DNA of 64,000 nucleotides from Bacteroidetes bacterium HLUCCA01 (GCA_001314545.1 LIHN01000007.1:31217-95216); one strand, 5' to 3'. Counted from the first letter of the stretch, positions 49,715-59,960 are shown. Program-made: numbers and translations. The notes: generated from the letters alone by a model not told the origin.

Positions 49715-50162
49715 GGTGGAAAAACTGCAAACCGGTACGGGTGTTTATGTCTCCTGGAGGTTACCCTCTACGCTGTCGGCCGTGCACGGAGTGTGGGCAC
49801 GGGCAGCCGTAGAACTGGAAATCAGGATTAAACCGGAACCCATGTTTGGGATTGAGCTGGTAACCCGTGAATTGATGGTCAACGCCATACGTCACGGAAA
49901 TTTGAATGACAGCCGCAAGCAGGTCCGACTGGATGTGCACATCCGGTCGGGGTGCCTGCTGATACGGGTGACCGATGAAGGCTCTGGTTTCAACTGGAGA
50001 AATGAATTTACACAGACCGGCAGTAACGCTGCCGACGAGCAAAAGCCGAGTGGCCGCGGACTGCAAATAGCCCGGCTTTTTGCCACAAAAATCACCTATA
50101 ATCGCGCCGGCAACACCGCAAAAGCCTGGTTTGACATTACACAACAAGGAGTGAACTCATGA
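49704..50162 (+). CDS. RsbW/SpoIIAB-like serine kinase (anti-sigma regulatory factor type, HATPase_c_2)
   Basis: N-box ELMVNAIRHGN, G1 VTDEGSGF and G2 GRGLQIA, in about 150 aa. The gene overlaps the upstream gene's stop. The start is non-ATG (TTG 49704 or GTG 49716). Confidence 0.7.
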   Translation: MRYEVEKLQTGTGVYVSWRLPSTLSAVHGVWARAAVELEIRIKPEPMFGIELVTRELMVNAIRHGNLNDSRKQVRLDVHIRSGCLLIRVTDEGSGFNWRNEFTQTGSNAADEQKPSGRGLQIARLFATKITYNRAGNTAKAWFDITQQGVNS

Positions 50163-50491
50163 TTGAATCAGCCCAGTTATCAACGCACGAAAACACGGTC
50201 ACAGTCACCTGCGGTACCTATCTGACGGCAGAAGAGGTTCAGGATATGCAGGGTCATCTGCTGGATGCACTCACTGACACCATCACAACCGTCGTTTTTG
50301 ACCTGCAGGAAACCACAAGTCTGGATTCCAGCGGTATCGGACTGCTCATTGCCTGTCATAATTCCATGCAACCGGAGGGTGGTTCGGTAAAGGTGATCAA
50401 TGTTTCGGAAAACATTCACAATCTGCTGCAACTCATGCGTGTTACCAAGCGCATCCACGTGAGCAGAGCCGAAGGAGCACCCCATGGATGA
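50159..50491 (+). CDS. STAS-domain anti-anti-sigma factor (RsbV/SpoIIAA-like)
   Basis: 110 aa. VVFDLQETTSLDSSGIGLLI retains the DSSG phosphorylatable-serine motif. There is an ATGA overlap with the upstream kinase gene. Confidence 0.8.
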   Translation: MIESAQLSTHENTVTVTCGTYLTAEEVQDMQGHLLDALTDTITTVVFDLQETTSLDSSGIGLLIACHNSMQPEGGSVKVINVSENIHNLLQLMRVTKRIHVSRAEGAPHG

Positions 50492-53400
50492 CGAGTTCCT
50501 CAAAGAGTTTACTGACGAGGCCCTGGAGCTGCTTGCAGGTATAGAAAACGATCTTCTGGCTATTGAAGAACAGGGTGACCAGGTTGACACCGAACTGATA
50601 AACAAGGTGTTCCGGGCCGCACATACGATTAAGGGGGGAAGCGGATTCTTTGAACTGGAACCGGTTACCCAGCTGGCACACAAGTCGGAGACGGTGCTGG
50701 ATATGCTGCGAACCAGAAAAATTATGCCCAATGCCGAAGTTACCAATCTGTTGCTTACGGCATTCGACACCCTCCGTGATATGGTCAACAATACCGGTAG
50801 CGTGGATGACATTGCCAGCGAAGATATCCTTTCGGGACTGGATTCCCTGGCCTCTTCGTACACCGCCCCCGCTGAAAAAGCCGCCCTTTCGGCAACCGTC
50901 CGCCTCCAGACGCCAGACGGGTCCCGCATCTTTGAGTTACCTGAGCAGGATGTACTGCGTGCCGATCGTGAAGGGCGGAATTTATACTGGATAGAACTCG
51001 ATTTTGTTCGGGACATTGAGCGCCGCGGGGTCACCTTAATTGCATTTTTCCGGATTTTGCTGAAATACGGTGAAATCCTGGAAAGCAAAGTGGACTTTGA
51101 AGCTGTAGGCGGTCTGGAAGCCCCGGTTGGCAGTACCTTGCCGGTACGGATTATAGCCGCTGTGAGTAAAGACCTGGAAGGAGTGCAGTCTTTGCTGTAC
51201 ACCGTGGAGGCTGACCAAATTCACGTGCTGGAACGGGTGGCGACCGATGCTGTAGCACCGGTCGATCCAGGGGATAATGACACACCCATCGCTGACTCCC
51301 TGCCCTCGCCGGAAGCAGAGCCTGCACTCCCGAACACGGTCGCGGCCACCTCACCACATCAAAACGGAGCAACGGCACATACCGCTGAGCAGAACACGGT
51401 CGCGGATAACTCCCTGAAGCAAAACGGGGTCGACGCAGCAAGCTTGCGCCAGGGCAATCCACCCGCCAAAAGCACTGTCGAAAACAAACCCCCTTCAGCC
51501 GCCGACGAATCCATCCGGATAAACGTGAGAACGCTGGAAATGCTCATGAATCTGGCCGGGGAGCTGGTTCTAAGCCGAAATCAACTTCGAACTGCCGTTA
51601 CCCAAAAAGATGAACATGCTTTAGGAACGGCCGAACAGCGCATCAACCAGGTTACTTCCGAGTTACAGGATGTGATTATGCAGACGCGCCTGCAGCCCAT
51701 TGGTAATGTATTCAATAAGTTTCCGCGCGTCATCCGCGACCTGTCCCGACAGTTAGGTAAAGACATCGATCTGCAGATAAGCGGTAACGAGGTAGCCCTG
51801 GACAAGTCCCTGATTGAAGGTATTGGTGACCCGCTCATGCACATGGTTCGTAATGCAGCCGACCACGGCATTGAGTCGCCCGGGGAACGACAGGCCGCCG
51901 GTAAACCTGCCACGGGCGTAATCCATATAGAGGCACGCCATGAAGCCGGTCAGGTCATCATCGAAATCCGGGACGATGGAAAGGGCATTGATGCCGAACG
52001 GATAACCGCATCTTCTGTTTCGAAAGGCCTCATTACAGCTGCTCAGGCGGCAGCCATGAATGAAAAAGACAAACTGAATCTGATTTTTCAGCCCGGTCTG
52101 AGTACCGCCAAAACCGTATCCGATGTATCGGGTCGTGGTGTGGGCATGGATGTTGTGAAGACCAATCTCATCCGGCTCGGCGGACAGGTTGAAATACAGA
52201 CACAGCCCGGCGCCGGTACCTTATTCCGGATTAAGCTGCCCCTGACCCTGGCTATTATCCCAACCCTCATCGTGTCAGCCGGTCGGGAGCGATTCGCCAT
52301 ACCGCAATCGTCCATCAAGGAATTGGTAAGCATCCGGGCCGATGAAATGGCAGCATGTACGGATGTAGTGGGTTCTTCGGAAGTACTCATACTCCGCGAG
52401 GAGGTTATTCCCCTGGTACGCATACGATCATTATTGCAGATTGAAGGCGATGAGCTGGTTGAAAAACGCATCCCAACGCACGAAATCGTGGTACTGACCG
52501 ACGGTTCACGAACCTTTGCCGTGGAGTTTGACTGGTTGCATACAACGGAGGAAGTTGTGGTCAAGCCCCTGGGCAAACGACTCAAGCACCTGACTGAATA
52601 TGCAGGGGCTACTATTCTGGGCGACGGCTCGGTAGCGATGATACTGGACACGGCAGGTCTGGCCCGGAAAGCATCCATTTATGAGGTCCATGACGCCATT
52701 ACGGAAGAGACACAGCGCACAGAGGCCGCAGATTTCACCGAAGCGATGTCGGTCGTGCTCTTTGGTCACAGTGAGACCGAAACGTGTGCCATACTGCTGG
52801 ATCATGTTGAACGCATCGAGCGAATCCGATGGGATGACGTGGAAAGCAAAGGCAAGCGCCGTACCATGCAGTATCGAGGTGGTATGCTGCCGCTGTATCA
52901 ATTGGATGATGTAGCGGCAGTCTCACCGCTGAATCGCGGCGCAGAGCCGGTTGTACTGGTGAGCCAGGTAGACGGGAAAACCGTTGGGTTGCTCGGAACG
53001 ATGCCGGTAAATGTGGTGCATCTGAGTCCGACGATTGATGTGAATACCCATCGTCAGTCCGGAATAACCGGATCCATGATTGTGGAGGGGCAGACGATTT
53101 TACTGTGTGATACCGAAGAAATTGTACACTCACTGCGACCTGTTGAGCATCGTACTGATGTACAGGCCCGCACCACGGCACATGTATCGGGTACTGCGCA
53201 TTACCCCGGCAAGCCAACCGGAAACGGCATCAACGGGTACGATCAAAACGATAACCCCGTATTGGTCAGTGATAACGGAAATGGTCCGGAATCGGGCGGA
53301 CATATAACGGGCATTCTGCTCGCTGAAGACTCTGACTTTTTCCGTTCGAGGGTCAAACAGTTTATCATGGAGGCCGGTTACCGGGTCTATGACGCCCCGG

Positions 53401-53681
53401 ATGGAGAGCAGGCATGGTCGTTACTCCTGGAAAATCTGGATGCCATACAGCTGGTGGTCACTGATATTGAAATGCCCGAGCTGGATGGGTTGGAACTCAC
53501 CTCACGCATACGTTCTGATCACCGCACGGCACATCTGCCCGTCATAGCCGTGAGTTCGCTGGCTGCCGAGGAGGACATTACACGGGGTTATGAGGCCGGC
53601 GTCACGGAGTATCAGATCAAACTGGATCGCGGCAGTCTGATTGACAGTATCCGGAACCTGACCACACTGGAGCCTAACTGA
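50484..53681 (+). CDS. cheA: Hybrid chemotaxis histidine kinase CheA (Hpt, dimerisation, HATPase, two CheW-like domains, C-terminal receiver)
   Basis: Hpt FRAAHTIKGGSG. Dimerisation RINVRTLEMLMNLAGELVLSRNQL and ATPase HMVRNAADHGIE...GRGVGMDVV. Two CheW-like segments are followed by a receiver (ILLAEDSDFF...VTDIEMPELDG). Confidence 0.9.
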   Translation: MDDEFLKEFTDEALELLAGIENDLLAIEEQGDQVDTELINKVFRAAHTIKGGSGFFELEPVTQLAHKSETVLDMLRTRKIMPNAEVTNLLLTAFDTLRDMVNNTGSVDDIASEDILSGLDSLASSYTAPAEKAALSATVRLQTPDGSRIFELPEQDVLRADREGRNLYWIELDFVRDIERRGVTLIAFFRILLKYGEILESKVDFEAVGGLEAPVGSTLPVRIIAAVSKDLEGVQSLLYTVEADQIHVLERVATDAVAPVDPGDNDTPIADSLPSPEAEPALPNTVAATSPHQNGATAHTAEQNTVADNSLKQNGVDAASLRQGNPPAKSTVENKPPSAADESIRINVRTLEMLMNLAGELVLSRNQLRTAVTQKDEHALGTAEQRINQVTSELQDVIMQTRLQPIGNVFNKFPRVIRDLSRQLGKDIDLQISGNEVALDKSLIEGIGDPLMHMVRNAADHGIESPGERQAAGKPATGVIHIEARHEAGQVIIEIRDDGKGIDAERITASSVSKGLITAAQAAAMNEKDKLNLIFQPGLSTAKTVSDVSGRGVGMDVVKTNLIRLGGQVEIQTQPGAGTLFRIKLPLTLAIIPTLIVSAGRERFAIPQSSIKELVSIRADEMAACTDVVGSSEVLILREEVIPLVRIRSLLQIEGDELVEKRIPTHEIVVLTDGSRTFAVEFDWLHTTEEVVVKPLGKRLKHLTEYAGATILGDGSVAMILDTAGLARKASIYEVHDAITEETQRTEAADFTEAMSVVLFGHSETETCAILLDHVERIERIRWDDVESKGKRRTMQYRGGMLPLYQLDDVAAVSPLNRGAEPVVLVSQVDGKTVGLLGTMPVNVVHLSPTIDVNTHRQSGITGSMIVEGQTILLCDTEEIVHSLRPVEHRTDVQARTTAHVSGTAHYPGKPTGNGINGYDQNDNPVLVSDNGNGPESGGHITGILLAEDSDFFRSRVKQFIMEAGYRVYDAPDGEQAWSLLLENLDAIQLVVTDIEMPELDGLELTSRIRSDHRTAHLPVIAVSSLAAEEDITRGYEAGVTEYQIKLDRGSLIDSIRNLTTLEPN

Positions 53682-53688
53682 TCTAGCT

Positions 53689-54201
53689 ATGAATACGCAA
53701 CACCAACCATCGGATTACAACGATACTCATCAAATACCGGAAGACGAGCTGTCCCTGACCACCCTTTTTCGTGCGGGCGGATCTCTGTACGGTCTTGATT
53801 CCAGCCTGGTGCGTGAAGTTGTTCGCGCTGGTGATATAACCCGGATTTATGATGCCCCACCCGACATTCTGGGTGTCAGGAATCTTCGTGGCCGGATTGT
53901 CACCATTGTGGATATGGGCATACATCTGGGTACCGAAGCAAGTCGACGGCACCGGGATAACCGGCTAATTCTGATTGATCATGACGGCGACACCTATGGG
54001 TTTCTGGTGGATGCAGTCCTTGAAGCTGTTTCACCTGACCCCGGGGAGCTTATGCCACCCACCGGTAACCTCACCGCCGCATTCAGCCGCCGGCTTCTGG
54101 GGTTGTGGCGTTACCATGGTGAAATCGCCTCCATACTCTCAGCTGAAACGCTGTTTGATGAAAACCTAAACGATACCGCTGAACAGCAACACAGCCTATA
54201 A
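53689..54201 (+). CDS. cheW: Chemotaxis coupling protein CheW
   Basis: 170 aa, a single CheW-like domain ([20 protein letters not shown]...[16 protein letters not shown]). Confidence 0.85.
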   Translation: MNTQHQPSDYNDTHQIPEDELSLTTLFRAGGSLYGLDSSLVREVVRAGDITRIYDAPPDILGVRNLRGRIVTIVDMGIHLGTEASRRHRDNRLILIDHDGDTYGFLVDAVLEAVSPDPGELMPPTGNLTAAFSRRLLGLWRYHGEIASILSAETLFDENLNDTAEQQHSL

Positions 54202-54256
54202 CCCAATAAATTTTCACCTATTTCAAGTTAAATACAGTACACAGGAGTACCATGTT

Positions 54257-55990
54257 ATGTTAAGCCTTAACAATATCCGAATTGGCAAACGTTTATTCAT
54301 TGCCTTGTCTGTCCTGCTGGCCTTACTGGTTGTGGTTGGCGGCCTTGGGCTGTACGGAATATCATCGCTCACACAAAATCTCAATCAGCTATCCAATGAC
54401 CGTATTCCGGGTTATCGTGCGATGAGTGAGCTGAATTATGAACGACTCATCATCCGTGTGCAGTCGCTTGAAGTCAATGAACTTCGCGGTTCAGACGATG
54501 CGGGTGAGCGGCTGCAGGTACTCCTGAACCAGCGAGAGGAAAGCTGGTCGCGCGCGGAAGCCGCGCTGCTTGAAATTACCCAGGTACCGCGGGCCACAGA
54601 GCGTGGCCGCCAGATTGTAGCCACACTGGAGCAGCAGTTCAATTCGTGGCGGGAATCGCACAGGGCGCTGGAAACCACCATTGCCGACATCATTTCGGCG
54701 GGCACCCTGCGGGAACAGAACACACGCTATGCTGCCTACAATCAGCGGTTGCAGGAAATGATACCCGTTTCGGAAGCCATGGCAGCTACCATAACCGACC
54801 TGCTGGCCCAAAACAGCAGGATAACCACAGAAATGATTGCTGCTAACGCAGAAAGTGCACGGGTTACCATGTTGTCAGCAGGTATGGTAATGCTGGCGGC
54901 ATTGCTTGTATCTATGGTTCTTGGATGGACTGTTAAAGTCAGTATCGAAAAACCCATCGCCGAAATAGTTGATTATGCGAATACCCTGGCCGGGGGCGAC
55001 TTCTCGAAGAACCTATCCGGGCCGGTGCGCAACCGGAGTGATGAAATGGGCGACCTCGCACGTTCGTTTGAGCGAATGGTCAATAATACACGGAGTCTGC
55101 TTTCCGGCATGAACAGCGGAGTTGAAACGGTGGCTTCCTCGGCTACACAACTGTCGGCCATCAGCGCACAGACCTCACAGAGTGTGCAGCTGATGAGTAA
55201 CCGTACCTCTACCGTAGCGGCCTCGGCACAGCAGACGAGCGCCAATACAATGTCCGTAGCCTCCAGTATGGAAGAGGCCACCACCAACCTGGCCTCGGTA
55301 GCCGCAGCTACCGAAGAAATGAGCGCCACCATCGGTGAAATTGCCGCCAATTCGGAACGTGCCCGTGCCATAACCAATGATGCGGCCACCAAGGCTGTGA
55401 CAGTATCTGAATTGATGCAGCAGCTCGGACATGCAGTCCGTGAAATCGGAATGGTCACAGAAACGATTACCGATATTTCCTCGCAGACGAATCTGCTGGC
55501 TTTGAATGCCACCATTGAGGCGGCACGCGCAGGAGCAGCAGGCAAGGGATTTGCCGTGGTTGCCAATGAAATCAAGGAGCTGGCCCGACAGACCTCGGCT
55601 GCTACGGATGATATCCGGGCCAAGATTGAAAGTGTTCAAAGCTCATCAGGGGCGGCTATCGGCGACATCCGTGGGATCACCGACGTCATTGGCGAGGTGG
55701 GCGAGCTGGTCAACGGCATTGCCACCGCCATCGAGGAACAGTCGGTAGTCACGCGCGATGTGGCCACCAATATTGCCCAGGCCACGGCCGGTGTTCAGGA
55801 TGCCAATCAACGGGTGGCCCAGACCGCCTCGGTTTCTTCATCCACCGCCGATGATATTGCACAGGTGGATGCATCCGCCAATGAACTTCGGGTCAGCGGT
55901 GAGCAGGTTGAAGTCAGTGCCACTGAGTTAACGCAACTGGCCGGAAAACTCAAAACCATGATGAGCCAGTTCAACCTGCAGTCGGCATAA
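54257..55990 (+). CDS. Methyl-accepting chemotaxis protein (periplasmic four-helix-bundle sensor, HAMP, MCP signalling domain)
   Basis: Two TM helices flank a periplasmic helical domain of about 170 aa. A HAMP domain follows, then the conserved hairpin tip [37 protein letters not shown]. Confidence 0.9.
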   Translation: MLSLNNIRIGKRLFIALSVLLALLVVVGGLGLYGISSLTQNLNQLSNDRIPGYRAMSELNYERLIIRVQSLEVNELRGSDDAGERLQVLLNQREESWSRAEAALLEITQVPRATERGRQIVATLEQQFNSWRESHRALETTIADIISAGTLREQNTRYAAYNQRLQEMIPVSEAMAATITDLLAQNSRITTEMIAANAESARVTMLSAGMVMLAALLVSMVLGWTVKVSIEKPIAEIVDYANTLAGGDFSKNLSGPVRNRSDEMGDLARSFERMVNNTRSLLSGMNSGVETVASSATQLSAISAQTSQSVQLMSNRTSTVAASAQQTSANTMSVASSMEEATTNLASVAAATEEMSATIGEIAANSERARAITNDAATKAVTVSELMQQLGHAVREIGMVTETITDISSQTNLLALNATIEAARAGAAGKGFAVVANEIKELARQTSAATDDIRAKIESVQSSSGAAIGDIRGITDVIGEVGELVNGIATAIEEQSVVTRDVATNIAQATAGVQDANQRVAQTASVSSSTADDIAQVDASANELRVSGEQVEVSATELTQLAGKLKTMMSQFNLQSA

Positions 55991-56021
55991 CCATGTTGCC
56001 GAACCATATCCTGAGGAAACC

Positions 56022-57308
56022 ATGATTTCCGTACTCATTGCTGACGATTCCATGATCTTTCGGCGCCTCATGCGTGAGGCCCTGATGCGCATTGATGGTT
56101 GTGAAATTGTTGGCGAGGCTTCCAATGGAAGGTTGGCACTGGAAAAGATTACCGGGCTTCAGCCTGATCTGGTTACCCTCGACCTTGAAATGCCCGTTTT
56201 AGGCGGAATGGATGTGTTGACGCAGTTAAAGATGGAGCCCCGGATGCCTGCTGTGGTCGTGATCAGTGCCCATACCCTGCGAGGCAGCGAAATCACGATT
56301 AAGGCGCTTGAATGCGGGGCGTTCGATTTCATTACCAAGCCACAGACCGGATCACCGGAGGCCGCCCGTGATCAGCTGATGCACGCACTGAAACCCATTT
56401 TGAAGTCGCTGGCAATACGTCGGGATGTCCGGAGTATCCTGCAAAATCCCGTTAGCCGCGGACCCGTTGCCCCCCCTGGTGAAGAATCGCCTGAAGGAGG
56501 CGTTCAGACACAAAGACGGGTGGCATCATCCGGCGAGGGTTCCTCTGGAATCGGCTACCCGGCCATACGGAACAGCGGCGCGGGAAGCGCACCGGCAGAC
56601 CGGCAGCAGCACCCTGCCACGGACAGGCATCGAACCCCTGCCGGGCCTGTATCCGGCAGGGAGCAGGTCCTGCCGGCAGGGGCAGAACGTACGCCATCGT
56701 CTGACAGTGTGATGATCCGGGCCCGACCGGCACAAAAACCCGGATTACTGGTTATCGGGATATCAACGGGCGGACCCAACGCTCTTTCTGAGTTGATTCC
56801 GGCTTTGCCGGGGGATCTGGGAATACCGGTTCTGATTGTCCAGCATATGCCTCCCCTGTTTACCCGGTCACTGGCTGACAGTTTGAATAAAAAATCGGCC
56901 TTGACCGTTATTGAGGCCGAGGCCGGTATGACCGTTCAGCCCAATTGGGTTTACGTCGCCCCGGGCGGTCGTCATATGCGTGCCGTTGCTATGATAAATG
57001 GCGGAATTGGGTTGCAGATAACCGATGACGCCCCGGAAAATAACTGCCGCCCCTCCGTTGACTATTTGTTCAGGTCGGTTGCCCAGCATCTTCCCGGCAA
57101 GGCACTGGCCGTCATTATGACAGGAATGGGTAACGACGGCACCCTGGGTGTGCGACTGCTCAAACGAACCGGCAGTATGTGTCTGATTCAGGATGAGGCC
57201 ACGTGTGTGGTATACGGAATGCCCAGAGCCGTTGCTGAGGCGGGATTGGCAGACGGTGCCGTTCCATTGACCATGATGGCAGCTGCAGTAACCCGGATCA
57301 TCCGATGA
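56022..57308 (+). CDS. cheB: Protein-glutamate methylesterase CheB (receiver plus methylesterase) with an unusually long linker
   Basis: Receiver (VLIADDS...TLDLEMPVLGG...ITKP). Esterase motifs IGISTGGPNAL, VQHMP, MTGMGNDG and DEATCVVYGMP. The P/G/R/S-rich linker is about 100 aa (about 56424-56736). Confidence 0.9.
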   Translation: MISVLIADDSMIFRRLMREALMRIDGCEIVGEASNGRLALEKITGLQPDLVTLDLEMPVLGGMDVLTQLKMEPRMPAVVVISAHTLRGSEITIKALECGAFDFITKPQTGSPEAARDQLMHALKPILKSLAIRRDVRSILQNPVSRGPVAPPGEESPEGGVQTQRRVASSGEGSSGIGYPAIRNSGAGSAPADRQQHPATDRHRTPAGPVSGREQVLPAGAERTPSSDSVMIRARPAQKPGLLVIGISTGGPNALSELIPALPGDLGIPVLIVQHMPPLFTRSLADSLNKKSALTVIEAEAGMTVQPNWVYVAPGGRHMRAVAMINGGIGLQITDDAPENNCRPSVDYLFRSVAQHLPGKALAVIMTGMGNDGTLGVRLLKRTGSMCLIQDEATCVVYGMPRAVAEAGLADGAVPLTMMAAAVTRIIR

Positions 57309-57475
57309 TAACGGCCACCTCCATAGCAGCCGCTCCAATCCGGAGGGTGACATGACACACACCACCTCCATAGCAGCCGCTCCAATCCGGAGGGTGACAT
57401 GACACACACCACCTCCATAGCTACCGCTCCAATCCGGAGGGTGACATGACGCACACCACCTCCACAGCAGCCGCT
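57305..57475 (+). repeat. 47-bp tandem repeat (3 full copies plus a partial fourth) spanning the cheB stop to the cheR start
   Basis: The unit ccacctccatagcagccgctccaatccggagggtgacatgacacaca starts at 57315, 57362 and 57409, with a partial copy at 57456. ATGs at 57305, 57352, 57399 and 57446 are exactly 47 nt apart. Confidence 0.9.
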
Positions 57476-58369
57476 GTTCCGGTTGTTAAACCGGACGAAA
57501 TGCGTGCCTGGAGTGCCTTCGTGCATAAAGTCAGCGGCATATTCCTGGATCCGTCGAAAACCTACCTGATTCAGACCCGGCTGGCAGACCTGTACCGAAC
57601 AACTGGTGCCGGTGATTGGAGTGATTTGCTGCGAAGGGTGCAGATGGACCCGACCGGCAGATACAGGAATCAGGTTGTGAATGCAATTACCACCAACGAG
57701 ACGTCCTTTTTCCGGGACCGGACCCCCTTTGACCTGCTCCGTCATAAATTGATTCCCGATCTCATCGACCGTAGACGCAGGGAAGGCTATAAGCGGGTAC
57801 CCATTCGGATATTCAGCGCGGCCTGTTCAACGGGTCAGGAGGTGTACAGCACCATCATCATGCTGGATGAACTGCTGGGAGATCTGCTGAAATATGACCT
57901 GCAGATTGCAGGAACCGATATCTCAGACCAGGCTGTGGCTCAGGCCAGCAGCGGTGTATATTCACCGCTGGAAACCGGCCGGGGACTCACACCGGCGCAG
58001 GTGAACCGATATTTTCAGACGGTGAACGGGGGATTCAAAGTTCGTGACAACTACCGTTTCATGGCTTCCTTCCGCAAAGCCAATCTGCTTGATCCGTATG
58101 CCGTTAGCGGATCCTATGATATTGTATTCTGCCGGAATGTAGGTATCTATTTTCGGGAGGAAGAGCGCCGTATCCTGTTCCGCCTGATGGCTTCCCTGCT
58201 CAAACCTGACGGAGCCCTGATAATCGGCTCAACCGAATCGCTCACCGGCTTTTGTCCCAACCTGGAAGCAAAGCGGCACCTGCGGTCGGTGTATTATCAA
58301 CGTAAAACCGGCACGTCAGCTACCCATTCACCGGCATCCGGGAAAATCCTGATTAGTTCAACCCGCTAA
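57446..58369 (+). CDS. cheR: Chemotaxis protein methyltransferase CheR
   Basis: CheR N-terminal helical domain (TNETSFFRD) and SAM-binding [14 protein letters not shown]...[10 protein letters not shown]. Confidence 0.9.
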   Translation: MTHTTSTAAAVPVVKPDEMRAWSAFVHKVSGIFLDPSKTYLIQTRLADLYRTTGAGDWSDLLRRVQMDPTGRYRNQVVNAITTNETSFFRDRTPFDLLRHKLIPDLIDRRRREGYKRVPIRIFSAACSTGQEVYSTIIMLDELLGDLLKYDLQIAGTDISDQAVAQASSGVYSPLETGRGLTPAQVNRYFQTVNGGFKVRDNYRFMASFRKANLLDPYAVSGSYDIVFCRNVGIYFREEERRILFRLMASLLKPDGALIIGSTESLTGFCPNLEAKRHLRSVYYQRKTGTSATHSPASGKILISSTR

Positions 58370-58382
58370 ATCGAATCATACT

Positions 58383-59960
58383 ATGAAAAAGAACCTGCCT
58401 GTAACGCAAAAAGAACGCACGTTTGATGCCGATGCCAATATTCTGTCAACTACAGACCTGAAGGGCAGGATTACCTTTATGAATCAGGTCTTTCTGGATG
58501 TCAGCGGATTTACACAGGATGAACTTATGGGCAAACCGCATAATATCATACGTCATCCGGACATGCCTCAGCAGGCCTTTAAATTGATGTGGGATACCAT
58601 CGAGAGCAACCGTTCATGGACCGGAATAGTAAAAAACCGCTGTAAAAACGGCGACCATTACTGGGTTAATGCTTTTGTGAGTCCGATTCAGAAGGAAGGA
58701 AAAATTACGGAGTATCAATCCGTTCGCCGCAAACCAGAACCGGAAATGGTTCGTCGTGCAGAGCGGTTGTACAGCCGACTCACCAACGGTGAAGAAGTTC
58801 CTGAACTGAACGATGCTGTACCGGTGAAAACCCGTCTGATGCGGGAAGTATTCGGGGTTCTGGGACTGGCTGCTTTGATGAGCCTGGTGCTGCCGGCCGG
58901 CTGGATGACCGCCTCCATGCTGTTACTGCTCGCAATCCTGCTGGCCGGTCGTATTCGCAGTCATTTTACACCCATTGATGAGGCCGTAGCCAAAGCCGGG
59001 CAAATCAGCAGTGATGCGGTATCCAGGCAGGTATTTACCGGTCGGAACGATGAAGCCGGAAGTATTATGCTTGCATTCCACATTCTTGAATCGGAGAAAA
59101 AAGCCATTATAGGTCGGGTCAATGACTCTATGGAGCGACTCACGGAGGCTGCGCAGCACCTGGACGGGTCGATGCAGCGGGGACAGGTACGGGGTGATAA
59201 CCTGGTGTCTCAGATTGAGCGGGTAGCCGCCGCAGTTGAAGAGATGACGGCAACCATACGTGATGTGTCTGATAATGCAACCCGTACATCGGAGGTCGCA
59301 GCCGCCAGCCTGAGTAAGGTGCAGCATGGAAAATCGGTCATTGACGCAAATGTCCGACAACTTGACAGCCTGCTGGGCGAGATTGCCGGGGCGGCCGGAG
59401 CGGTTCAACAGGCAGCCACCGTGGCCGGGGGTGTAACTTCTATTCTGGATGTTATTAAAGACATCTCCGAGCAGACACGACTGTTGTCACTGAATGCTAC
59501 TATTGAGGCGGCCCGGGCAGGGGCGGCAGGTAAAGGATTTTCCGTTGTGGCCGACCAGGTTCGCTCACTTTCAGCCCGAACACAGAAGTCGGCCGAAGAA
59601 ATCGGCCTGTTTATTGAACAACTGCGCAGCAGTACCGATAAAGCCACGGAAATGATGCATAACGCCCAGAAAAAAGTGACGGACAATAACCGGGAAAATG
59701 CCCGTTCGGCCGACATCCTCAATGAGATTCTGACCTCCATTCAGGATATTTCAACGGGCAGCAGCGAAGTAGCCTACATCGTAGAGCAACAGCGGTTTGC
59801 TGCCGATGAAATCAACCAGAGCCTGGCCTCAATTACCACGCTGTCGCAGGAAAACAATGCTGATGTACAGCACAACACGCGGGCAACTGCAGGTATTGCC
59901 GACACCTTGCAGGATGTGCATAATCTGACAACGCATTTCTGGCAACAAAAAGCGGTTTAA
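58383..59960 (+). CDS. Aer-like PAS-domain methyl-accepting chemotaxis protein
   Basis: N-terminal Aer-type PAS ([46 protein letters not shown]). A TM hairpin follows, then the MCP hairpin tip [37 protein letters not shown]. Confidence 0.85.
   Translation: MKKNLPVTQKERTFDADANILSTTDLKGRITFMNQVFLDVSGFTQDELMGKPHNIIRHPDMPQQAFKLMWDTIESNRSWTGIVKNRCKNGDHYWVNAFVSPIQKEGKITEYQSVRRKPEPEMVRRAERLYSRLTNGEEVPELNDAVPVKTRLMREVFGVLGLAALMSLVLPAGWMTASMLLLLAILLAGRIRSHFTPIDEAVAKAGQISSDAVSRQVFTGRNDEAGSIMLAFHILESEKKAIIGRVNDSMERLTEAAQHLDGSMQRGQVRGDNLVSQIERVAAAVEEMTATIRDVSDNATRTSEVAAASLSKVQHGKSVIDANVRQLDSLLGEIAGAAGAVQQAATVAGGVTSILDVIKDISEQTRLLSLNATIEAARAGAAGKGFSVVADQVRSLSARTQKSAEEIGLFIEQLRSSTDKATEMMHNAQKKVTDNNRENARSADILNEILTSIQDISTGSSEVAYIVEQQRFAADEINQSLASITTLSQENNADVQHNTRATAGIADTLQDVHNLTTHFWQQKAV

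Noticed and set aside
56425-56779. Four overlapping small ORFs (69-95 aa, both strands) within cheB.
   Set aside because: They fall in the GC-rich low-complexity linker of CheB. The CheB frame is continuous through this region and links two well-conserved domains. The small ORFs have no motifs.
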